64,000 bases of DNA from Octopus vulgaris. Its lineage: Eukaryota. The stretch lies in the NCBI GenBank assembly GCA_951406725.2, contig OX597820.1, positions 55,924,001-55,988,000 on the forward strand, written 5' to 3'. Both the position numbers and the translations under genes were made by a program. The stretch's first letter is position 1, and every line of letters begins with the position of its first letter. The notes under the pieces are model-generated. The model did no database searches. It had not been told where the DNA came from and saw only the letters and a program-made list of their open reading frames with translations. This document shows, one piece after another, positions 52,624-64,000 of the stretch.

Positions 52624-55600
52624 TCTATACTTTTAATTATGTATTTAGATCATGTGTACTGCTGAATTTTGAAAAGAATATAAATGTACTGCAAATAAAA
52701 AAAGGTTGCAGAGCACTGCTCTGAGGCTATCTCTTACATCGATGGGAAGTATGATTGAGATGTGGACATTCTAAGCTGCATTGTAGGCAATTTTTCTAGG
52801 AGGGCAGTAACTGCTAATAAGAACTGAAATAGGGTAAAGAGGGCATTTTAGTCCTCCATGTATGGGTCAATCTTTATGGTGCCAGTAGTATGATAAAACA
52901 CACCAAGGACATTCTGCAGTGTGATTGGAGATAGGAAGAGCATCCAGTCATAGAAACCATTTCAGAAATAACCTGTGAAAATAAAACATGGACTCTGCAA
53001 GCCAAGCCGAATCACATGAAACTCATCTAGAGCAATAATTCTGAATAAAAACTCATACAGGATAGAAGGGAACTCTTTAGTTCTGCTCTCATGAGACAAC
53101 CTGGTCTTGGTGTCACAATAAAATGCATCCGAAATATATACAAACACCAAAGCTTGCTGTTTTTTTTCAGTTGCTCTATAAGCAAAATAATGCAGATAGT
53201 GACAATCCTGACAACTCATCCAACCCATGCTAACATGGAAAAGCAAACATAAGATGATGATGATGATGATGGTGATGGTGACACACATATGAATTAGAGT
53301 ATTTAGGCATGTCCTGTTAGTTACATTATAAAACTAATTAAGTTAGTGAAGTGGTCGGCATTAGGAAGGACATCCAGCCATAGAAATCATGCCAAAATAG
53401 ATATGAGAGCATGATCTGGCCCTTCGGCCCAATGGATCCTGTCAAACCGTCCAACCCATGCCAGCATAGAACATGGATGTTTAAATGATGATGATGATGA
53501 ACTTTCTGAGAGACCCTTTAATATAATCTTTGGAGGTTGAACTGATTAAGATACAATGTTTGTGTGTGCATGTGTGTGTGTGCAAGCATGTGTATGTTTA
53601 TACACACACACACATATATGTAATATATATTGTTAATGATGAGGTTAATAGACAAGGAAATTATTAACAAATTTTATCAGATATTTAATGGATATTATGA
53701 GTTGAATGCATGACCAAAGATAGCTTTGATTATAAAATGTTCACAAGGCATTATAAGTCGTCTGTTGTGAAGAGGAGAGCTTTGACTTTATCAAATAGGG
53801 GCCTTTTCTGATGGAACAGCCTGTAAACAGCAAACTAACAGTAGGGCCCAAACCACTAAGTTTCAGGGGCATAAACAATACCGTTTGTCAAGTGGTGTGG
53901 AGACGAATACATATATACAAAAACACATGCAAACACGCACACGCATGCATGCACATACACACATATATGCTGAGTTCTTTTCAGAGAAAGGCCCGATAAA
54001 CAGCTAACAAGCAGTAGGGCTCTTTGCCAATAAAGACACTTTAAAGAGGGAAAATAACTCGGACAAAAAGCCATTTAAAATGAATTAACTTACATCAAGG
54101 GTTTTCTTCAATGAAAGACCCTTTAAACAGGAAAATTAAATTACAGTAAGGCATTTCTCCAATGAAATGATTTGCAAACACTAACCTGACTTTTCTTCTT
54201 AATTTTTTTGCACTTAATATTAACCAAGAACATCATTAGTTTTCTCAGACGGTACTGTTTCACTTGAGTTTATTGTTTTATATTTTTTACAAAATCTTTT
54301 ACAGAGTTTTTAGAGTGTGCATCTAAATTAAGGAGGCACTTACTGATATTATCTAGTGAGTAGTTACTTAGCTTATGAATTGTAGACTTTTAATATCTTA
54401 GCAATTTAAAGTTGAATATAAATCTTACTGGTATTCATATATTCTTTTCTACTCTGGGCACAAAGCCCAAAATTTTTGGTGAGGGTACCAGTTGATTAGA
54501 TCGACCCCAGTACACAACTGGTACTTAATTTATTGACCCCTGAAAGGATGAAAGGCAAAGTCGACCTTAGTGGAATTTGAACTCAGAACATAAAGACAGA
54601 CGAAATACCGGTAAGCATTTTGCCTGGCATGCTAAACATAGAGGGGACAAACAAGGACAGACAAATGGATTAAGTCAATTATATTGACCCCAGTGTGTAA
54701 CTGGTACTTATTTAAGGATGAAAGGCAAAGTCGACTTTGGTGGAATTTGAACTTAGAACATAGTGGCAGACGAAATACCTCTAAGCATTTCGCTCGGCGT
54801 GCTAACAATTCTGCCAGCTCGCCACCTTCTGGTATTCATATATTACTGATATGAAGGTAGCAAGCTGGCTAGATCATTAGCATGCCAAACAAAATGTTTA
54901 GAGTTCATCTCTATATTTGGAGTTCAAATTCCTCCGAGGTAGACTTTGCCTTTCATCCTTTCAAGTTTGATAAAATAAGTACTAGTCAAGTACTGGGGTT
55001 AATGTAATCAACATCTCATCCCTTCAAGAACTGCCAGTCTCATGTCAAAATGTGAAACCATTATCTATATGTTATTGTAATCTCAAATGTGTTACATAAG
55101 TTGTGATTCTTTCTAACAGCAAACTTTGTAGGGCACGAGTTAATAAGAACTCAACAGACAAAGTACAAGGAGAAGGCCTGACAATTGGGAATTTATATGT
55201 AGCAACATATTCCCTCTCAATAAGGACTTAAAGAAAATATATTTTATTTCTTTGTCTGTGGTTTTACAATGGCCACTAACATGCTCACTTTGCAACCATA
55301 TGGTTTCATGTTTAATCCCACTGCAAGGCACCTTGGGCAAGTATCTTCTACTAAAGACCAGTACTTTGTGAGTAGGGACGTGCTGCCTGGGTAGGCAAGG
55401 TAGGCAGTGCCTACCCTGAATAAAATAAATCATTATCATCATCGTTTAACGTCTGCTTTTCATGCTAGCATGGGTTGGACAATTTGACTGAGGACTGGTG
55501 AACCAGATGGCTGCACCAGGCTCCAATCCGAACTGGCAGAGTTTCTACAGCTGGATGCCTTTCCTAACGCCAACCACTCCGAGAGTGTAGGGGTGCTTTT

Positions 55601-57264
55601 ACGTGCCACTGGCACAAGGGCCAGTCAGGCGGTACTGGCAATGGCCACGCTCAAACAGTGTTTTTTATGTGCTACCTGCACAGGAGCCAGTCCAGCAGCA
55701 CTGGCAATAACCTCACTGGAATGGTTTTTTCATGTTCCACTGGCACAAGTGCCAATCGACTCCAGAATTTATTCTTTGTAAGCCTAGTACTTATTCTATT
55801 GGTCTCTTTTGCCAAACTGCTAAGTTACGGGGGATGTAAACACACCAGCATCGGTTGTCAAGAGATGCTGGGGGGACAAACACAGACACACAAACATACA
55901 CACACATACATATACGACGGGCTTCTTTCAGTTTCTGTTTACCAAATTCACTCACAAGGCTTTGGTTGGCCTGAGGCTATAGTAGAAAACACTTGCCCAA
56001 GGTGCCACGCAGTGACACTAAACCCGGAACCATGTGGTTCATAAGCAAGTTACTTACCACACAGCCATTCCTACGCCAAGGATGTTGATGATGATGATGA
56101 TGATGATGATAATCATTTATGTATTGCTTGTGGTACATTTGTTTTTTAGGGAAGTGAGAAAAGAGCTCACAGCTTGGTAATGCTCCATATGAAACAGGTG
56201 GAATGAGACGCTTGTGATGAGACTGATTGGTTGATGGATGCTGGTATGATTAGATGCTGCATTAAAGAGCTACAGGATAATCAAGTTGGTTTTAGTTTTG
56301 TGCAATGTTGATAGGGTTAGGGTTACAAGTTGATGAGAATTAAGATTACAAACTGATGGAAGTTAGAGCTGCTAAGCAAATTATGAGTGTTAAAAGATGA
56401 TTTGGAACTAAGATTTATGTGCTAACATACTGCATAAGAAACTTGTGAAAGTACTAAATACTGCTACTATTAAATACACAGGTTTAGTGGTACATACATA
56501 CATACATACATACATATGTTTGTGTGTATATTAATGTTTGTTTTTATGTTTAGTTATAATAAAAACAATTTTACATTAATCTGAAGGGTTACTCTGTACT
56601 CTTGTAGAGTACAAATTTATTATTCTTATGCAAGAATGTTGTTGACAGTGACTTCGAAGTTCCAGCAAGCTAGGCCACTGTCGTCCAATGATTGTTTAGC
56701 TGTCTGAAACTTTGAAGCCAGTGTCAACAGTATTCTTGTTTAGACACACAAACACACACACATACATTATTCTTAAACAATATATATATATGTATATATA
56801 TACTGATTATATAACCTTAGATCTAAAGGAATCAGATATCAAATGTATGTAGTAGTTTAGTATAAATGAAGAAATATATATTTGCTCATACTTGTAAATA
56901 TGCATGAATATAAACATAAGTACACGTACACTCACAAACATATATGTATGAGTTATATATGTATCAATTTCTTGGAGAAGACAGAGGGAACTTTTTGGGA
57001 AAAGAGTTGAATACATAGCTGATTAAATTGGTATTAGTGTATTGCTTGTACTTATTTTACTTCTTTCACCCTTGGTGGAATTAGACATAAATCTGTCATG
57101 ATTTAGAAAAGAATATATATGATCAAAAATAAAGGCTACTATTCTGTTACTTCTTGTATTTCACAACTTTTTGCAGATATATTAGAATTATGAATATTTA
57201 TACAGCTATACATGTATAATCCTTTAACCCATATTAAAAATAAATATACTTACATGAATATAAA

Positions 57265-57317
<53 letters not shown>

Positions 57318-58928
57318 AATATGTAGGTATGGTTCAATGGAAATAATCAGTGGTATAATATAGGTATTAAAACAAGAATAAATTACTGAATATCATAAAA
57401 GTGTCAACTGGAAGATTGTTTCAAGAGATATTTAAATGTAATTATAGTGTGGGGTTTGTAAGAGAAAATATGAAATATATTGAAACAGAAGAGGTATATA
57501 ATTAGTACACATTGCAAATCATATTACTGAAACACACACACATATACACACAGAGGCACATGTGCACACATGCACGCACACAACAGTCACATGTACACAC
57601 ACACACACACATGGTAACAGAGGGTACTCAACCCTATAATTTCACTGTGGTTTTTGGTGCATTACAGATCTGATAGAAAGTGATGGCCACTACAGAATAC
57701 AAAATTTTGATCAGTAAAATTCTATGTATATATATATTAATATTCAATTTTATTAATAGATTTCTTGCCAATAGAGAAAGAGCCAGTTTCTAGTGTAGAT
57801 TCAAGGCTTCTTCATTGGAATTTTAAGCATCAACAATGTATTTGTGGATGTTTGTGGGTATATGTATGTAGGTACTTATGTATGTTGTGTAGGTACTTAT
57901 GTATGTATGCACCATCCGAATGTGGACGATGCCAGTGCTGCCTTGACTGGCATCCATGCTGGTGGCACGTAAAAAGCACCAACTGATCGTGGCCGTTGCC
58001 AGCCTCCTCTGGCCCCTGTGCTGGTAGCCCGTAAAAAGTACCCACTACACTCATGGAGTGATATTTATTCCACCCCAGTTGCACAGACATCCCTGTCATT
58101 CTTATTATCAGAAATGCAGTGAACCAGTGATTAGCTTGTCAGAAAACCTATAACCAATGCTGTTATTGTTCATAAAAACACATTATTTAAGTAAAGTAAC
58201 AGAAAAATAATGTAAGCAGTTATGTAGGCCTTCTCCAGGTCCATAGGAAGAGTTCAGGCTGTAACACATTATTAAACATTTGATGTCTAACGACAGTTTA
58301 AAGATGATAAATGTTACTGAAAAATGTACTTTTGATATAATTAAATTTTAACTGGAAACATTCATTAAAAATCATTCTTGTCCACTAAGCCACTGTCTTA
58401 AATACACTGACATAACCGTTATTTTAAACTCTGGGTGTCATTTTAAAGCTTCTTTGAGATTTATGACAAATGTTGATAAAATTCAATCTCTGTTGGAATC
58501 ATGGTACATGAAAATAAGACTAAGGAAGATAAGATACCACCATCACCGCCACCACCACCACCACTACCACCTCCACCACCACCACCAACACCACCAACAC
58601 GATGACGACGCCCATCACGACTACTACTACCACAAGGAACCAATGAGGAAGTGTCATTGATCAACTGAAAGTAGCAATTAACCCTTCTTTGAAACACATT
58701 CTGCTGACCTGGGAAAGGAAATGACACAGAAAATAATGCAGTCATATATATGCTTCAAAAAGATGGGATGGTCATGGTTAGAATGCCTTTGATCGTAGGT
58801 CCACTTGAACAACTACTGTAACAGCATTAATAATGATGACAATAATGTTAACAGTTTTGCAGTAGTTCTCTCTGAAGAATTTAAAAAGAAGAATAAGACA
58901 ACTTTACATAAATGAGATTTGCACCTAC

Positions 58929-59038
58929 CTGAGAGGACCTATTAGAATCAGAACCCTTTGAACTGTTACTTAGAGCAAGTGTTGGCTTAGCTTTTTCTTT
59001 GCGGTGGATCAAGGACTGACTCCTTTTCAATCTGCCAG
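58929..59038 (-). CDS. Rab11-FIP internal exon (AGRLKRSQSLIHRKEK...NRSSQ)
   Basis: tttgacag acceptor (phase 1), CAG|gtaggt donor (phase 0), open 110 nt, phase-compatible with both neighbours. Confidence 0.8.
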
Positions 59039-59364
59039 CTGTCAAACAGTGGAAGAGATAAAAAGAGACATTTCAATATAATTTTTATAGAAATCGTTAT
59101 TATCATCTATTATTGCAATTATTATTATTATTGATAATGTAGCGAGCTGGCAGAATTGTTAGCACACTGGATGAAATGCTTAGCTGTATTTTTCCTGTCA
59201 CTACGTTCTGAGTTCAAATTCTGCTGAGGTTGACTTTACCTTTCATCCTTTCAGGGTCAATAGAATAAGTACCAGTTGAACACTGGGTCGATGTAATCAA
59301 CCCATCTCCTCCCCCAAAATTGCTGCCCTTGTGACAAAATTTAAAACCATTATTATTATTATTA

Positions 59365-59995
59365 TTGATTTGATTCAGGTTTGTTCTTATTCCTTGTAAA
59401 ATTTATGTGGGTAGCAGTTACTAACTCCAACCTTAGGTATCCACGACCTTTCAATAGTCTTTCAAGTGCTTAATACCCTCCTGATAATCTTTCCTGTCCC
59501 TAAGAGGTAAACTTTCTGTAGAAGCTCTTCAGGACATTCTACTCCAATTGCCTTCAACTATTGGGATATGTCTTTACTTACAGTTCCCAATGCACCAATT
59601 ATTACAAACACAACCTTTACAGTTTTCATACTCCAAATTCTTGCAATTTAAAATTTTAAGGGATTATATATATATTTTTTTTCGTTTTTCATCCTCTTTC
59701 TTTACAATCCTGGAAGCAAATGGGCATGATGGATAAATCATTATTATTGATTTGACTCAGGTTTGGTCTAAATTCCGGATAGAATTTATGTAGGTAGTGG
59801 GTTATTACCTGTAACTTAAGGTATTTACTAGCTTTCAATAGTCTTTCAAGTGCTTAGAACCCTTCCTGATAACCTTTCCTGTACCTAAGAGGCAAACTTT
59901 CTGTAGGAGTTCTACAGGACATTCTATTCCAACTTCTTTTCAACCATTTGTTTATACACTCGTTTATAGTTTCCAATGCACCAATTATTACAGTT
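59365..59995 (-). mobile_element. Two tandem 3' fragments of an R4/Dong-like non-LTR retrotransposon with (TAA)n tails
   Basis: Minus-strand VIIGALGTV...LKAIGVECPEELLQKVYLLGTGKIIRRVLST* at ~59590-59460, second diverged copy at ~59990-59845. Confidence 0.7.
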
Positions 59996-60361
59996 TATTA
60001 TTATTATTATTATTGTTATTGTTATCGTTATTGTTGTTGTTATTATTTGTGTTGCTGTTGATTTGCTTCATATGAGCTGTTCCAAGTCTTACTCAGAGAC
60101 CTCAAGTAACAGCAAGCTGAACATTTTACTATGAATGTTATTTATAATTAGCAATGATATACTGTACAGGAAGGAGACCAGAATCTGAGAACTAAGACTG
60201 TTAAATTTGTAATATTTCAGTTTTAAACAAGTTTTAAGAGAATCACATACTTTCAGGTTGACTCTGTTTTCCTTGGGATGTGGGTAGTACCCATGTAAAC
60301 AATATTTTAATAGAAAGGATTGTTATTATTATTATTATTATTATTATCATCATTATTATTG

Positions 60362-60876
60362 GGTGAGAGAGCAGTGCATGCCATCAAAGTGACACTGGGG
60401 TAAAATATACGAAGCCCAGTATACCTGTTATGACTATCTGTCTGATAAGGGTACACCAGGCACATGGTGATCTCATATCAAGATAAACAGGTGGGGCCCA
60501 GTTAGAATTTCCTTCAGGTTGATTAGCCCATCCCACTCAAATAGTCCTTGATTAAGTGTTGTTTAAGGATGTTGAATGATTCACACATGCTTTCAGAGGT
60601 GAATTATTCAAACTCCAAAGAATTCCTCGCAACACATGGCTATGATGCTCCCCCACTACTTCTGCTCGTGATCAAAGATGCACATATCGTCAGCCACCAA
60701 GGGACATGCTCAACTGGTTAAGGTCACACAACTAACAAGCAAATCTGTGGTATTGAGCAGAGTATTTGCTGTAGCCCATCTTTTATACCAAGACAAAACA
60801 ATGTACATGATAACACTTCCAATCAGTTAAGATCAGAATCCATGAGAGCCACTGCATGGTAACAGCATCAGGGCAT

Positions 60877-60880
<4 letters not shown>
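60362..60880. mobile_element. ~520-bp interspersed repeat flanked by (TTA)n; second copy at ~61602-62125
   Basis: Long shared blocks, e.g. cagccaccaagggacatgctcaactggttaaggtcacacaactaacaagcaaatctgtggtattgagcag. Confidence 0.85.
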
Positions 60881-60907
<27 letters not shown>

Positions 60908-62976
60908 TATTACTATTATTATTGTTGTTATTATTATAAGTGTATTGGTAGAATTATTTAAGAGTAGGACAAAATACCTTTCAGTAATTAGTTATGGTTC
61001 TTTATGTTCTCAAGTCAACTTAGCTTTTCATCTTTCAAGACCCAGGAGGGATCAAGAGGGATCACAAGGCCTTTGGGAGTCATTAGATGAGGGTGCTGAG
61101 ACAAAGGGTATTAGACTGATGATGGAGGACAAAAGTCTAGTTGCTATGCATGTGGTGGTAAAAACCACCTGAGTGCCTTTTTGTCCTGAAGAATTGAAAG
61201 GCTAGGAAAGCAGCAGAGAGCAGCAGAGGCAGCAAGATCAGCAGGCCTAAGTTTCCAGAGTACCATCAGTCACAGCTGAAAAACTAGCAGACAAGGTCAA
61301 CTCATGCTCACTCCTGGAAACAAATGAGTAGATACTCTATTCTTTGACTGTAGTCACTAGTAACATGATCCCATCATCTTGTAATGAGCAGGAAGAGATG
61401 CAGAAGGACTGAGAAGAAAAATAAAAACTATCACTGAAAATATAAGAGGTAAAATAAAAGAAGTTTCAAAAAAAAAAAAAAAGAATGAACACCAATAATA
61501 GGTGATAAAAAGTGTAAGGAACAATGTGCCTTTGGGTGCACCAGAACACTACAAGGAATGGTGGAAGGACAGAGTTATGAGATGCCTGTTTTCATAACAT
61601 TAAAGTGACGCTGGGATACAAATATACAAAGCCCAATATACCCATCATGACTACCCATCTGATAACGGTACACCAGGCACATGCATCACAACCATGAATG
61701 TGAATGGTGATCTCATATCAAGATAAACAGCACATGACCTTGCAGGTGGGGCCAGCTAGAATTTGCCTCAGGTTGAGTAGCCCATCCTGCTCAAAAAGTC
61801 CCTGAATAAGGTTTGTTTAAAGATAGTGAATAAAAAAAAGCACCCATGTTTCCAGAGGCAAATTATTCAGACTCCAAAGAATTTCTTTCAGCACATGGCA
61901 GTGATGCTCCCCCACTACTCCTGCTCAGAGATGAACATATCATCAGCCACCAAGGGACATGCTCAACTGGTTAAGGTCACACAACTAACAAGCAAATCTG
62001 TGGTATTGAGCAGAATATTTGCTGTAGCCCATCTTTTATACCAAGACAAAACATGTACACGATAACACTTCCAATCATTTAAGATGAGAAGCCATGGGAG
62101 CCACTGCCTGGTACTGCATCAGAATCATTATTATTGTTATTATTATAGGTGGTGAGCTGGCAGAATGTCAGCACACCAAACAAAATGCTTAGTGGCATTT
62201 CTCCAGATTCTAGATTCGGAGCTTAAATCCTGTTGCGATCAACTTTACCATTCATCCTTTTGTGGTTGACAAATGAAAGTACCAATCAAGTACTCAGGGT
62301 CAATATAATTTACCTATCTACTTCCCTCAAAATGGCTGAACTTGTACTAAAATTAGAAAGAATTATTATTATTATTATTATTGAGCTGGGAGAGTAGTTA
62401 GTGCATTGGACAAAATGCCATGTAGTATTTCTTCCAGCTCTTTAAGTTCTTCCTTTAAATCTCACCAAAGTCATCTTTGCCTTCCATACTTTTGTGGAGG
62501 TCAATAAAATCGAGTACCAATCAAATACTGAGGTTGATGACACAAACAACCACTCCCTTAAAACTGCTGGCTTTGTGCCTAAATCACAAAATAATAACAA
62601 CAATAATAATCCTACATTATTTACATTCGACAGATATTTGTCCTCATCTTGTTTGTTGTTAACACAATGTTGCAGCTGATATAACCCCCCCGCCACTGTC
62701 TTCTTCAGGTGTCTTGGGGAAATTTCGAACCTGGGTTCTTAAATATAGAACTGGAATAATAATCATTTCTATTAAAGGCACAAGGCCTGAAATTTGGGTG
62801 AAGGGACTAGTTGATTACAATGACTCCAGTATTTCATTGGTACTTAATTTATCGACCCCCAAAAAGGATGGAAGGCAAAGTTGACCTCAGCAGAATTTGA
62901 ACTCAGAACATAATGGCAGACAAAATACTGCTAAGTGTTTTGCCCGGCATGCTAATGATTCTACTAGCTTGCTGCC

Positions 62977-62977
<1 letters not shown>

Positions 62978-63016
<39 letters not shown>

Positions 63017-63450
63017 TGATAATGATAATAATAATGATGATAATAATAATGATGATATGATGATAATAATAATGATAATAATAATGATAATAATAATAAT
63101 AATGATGATGATAATGATAATAATAATAATGATAATAATAATAATGATAATGATAATAATGATAATGATGATGATAATGATTATAATAATAATGATAATA
63201 ATAATGATGATGATAATAATAATGATAATAATAATAATAATGATGATAATAATAATGATAATAATAATAATAATGATGATAATAATAATGATAATAATAA
63301 TGATGATAATAACAATGATAATAAATATAATAATAATGATGATGATGATAATAATAACAGCAGGAAGCAAGCTTGCTAAGCATGTAAGACTTGAGGAGTT
63401 ACAAAAAAACCTGAGATACAAAGAAATGATAATAATAATAATTTAATAAT
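62978..63450. repeat. Compound (TAA/TGA)n microsatellite
   Basis: Read directly; source of the poly-I/M/Y ORFs. Confidence 0.97.
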
Positions 63451-63507
63451 TGATTTCTAACATGGGCACATAATAAAGTAAAAAAAGAAAGCAAAAATGT
63501 AACGTAC

Positions 63508-63671
63508 CCACTGTGGTGGCTAAGTGTCTTAAAGAACCAGTGTATGACCTTCTCTGTAATACTGGAAAATCTTCATCTTTTTTTACCATGTGAAAATTTA
63601 AACATACTTCCAGTTCTCCCTGGTCCTTGACAATACCATTTTTCTTTGCTTTACTTTTCAAAGTGACCCAA
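63508..63671 (-). CDS. Class I Rab11-FIP exon encoding the end of the C2 domain (WVTLKSKAKKNGIVKDQGELEVCLNF...)
   Basis: ttctttcag acceptor (phase 2), G|gtacgt donor (phase 1). Matches the W..LKSK......RGE.EV...F pattern of RAB11FIP1/2/5 C2 domains. Upstream exons lie beyond the window. Confidence 0.85.
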
Positions 63672-64000
63672 CTGAAAGAATATAGTGTAGCGTAAACATT
63701 AAATCAAAGACTGACTAATTTTAACACAATAATGTAGTAGTGTCTTTCTAAAGTAGCTCCAGTAAACTCTGGCTGAGTATACCAAAAGCAAAGAATAAAT
63801 AAATATATAAGAACACATAACCATATGAATTCAGTCTCTTTCTGTGAAATTATGACCCATGAGAGATTTATCAATAGCTTGAGTTGAAGATCAAACCAAA
63901 TGGTTTTATAATTATATTTTGTTGTTACAATACTTGCTGACCTCACAAGTGCTGGTGTCATATAAAAAAAAAATGCACCCAGTACACTCTGTGATGTGGT

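Noticed and set aside
62903-63446. Long poly-I/M/Y ORFs (also 49242-49780, 39836-40560, 12546-12827)
   Set aside because: Translations of microsatellites with no coding signal.

Overview
Eukaryotic (animal) genomic DNA: AT-rich, intron-rich and packed with microsatellites and SINEs. The repeat families look like those of Octopus (cephalopod); this is my recognition, not a database result. Two spliced protein-coding genes lie on the minus strand. (1) A complete COX10 (protoheme IX farnesyltransferase): six coding exons, 10009->1023, 487 aa if spliced as listed. (2) The 3' part of a class I Rab11 family-interacting protein: end of the C2 domain at 63671, FIP-RBD at 24672->24526, six exons in the window, start codon beyond the right edge. 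Almost all ORFs in the supplied track are repeat or microsatellite artefacts. The rest is a layered transposon landscape: a decayed RTE LINE, a 1.95-kb non-autonomous Helitron, a full-length dead mariner, mariner/Tc1/piggyBac-type MITEs, R4/Dong-like 3' fragments and many tRNA-derived SINEs. The most interesting signal is a set of long foldback palindromes sitting between microsatellites, several carrying decayed minimal hammerhead-ribozyme motifs (Penelope-type). At 31.2-31.75 kb the two arms let a perfect ancestral hammerhead be reconstructed. Also notable are a candidate alternative terminal exon that would give the Rab11-FIP a membrane anchor, and an in-frame alternative donor trimming the start of its Rab11-binding domain.
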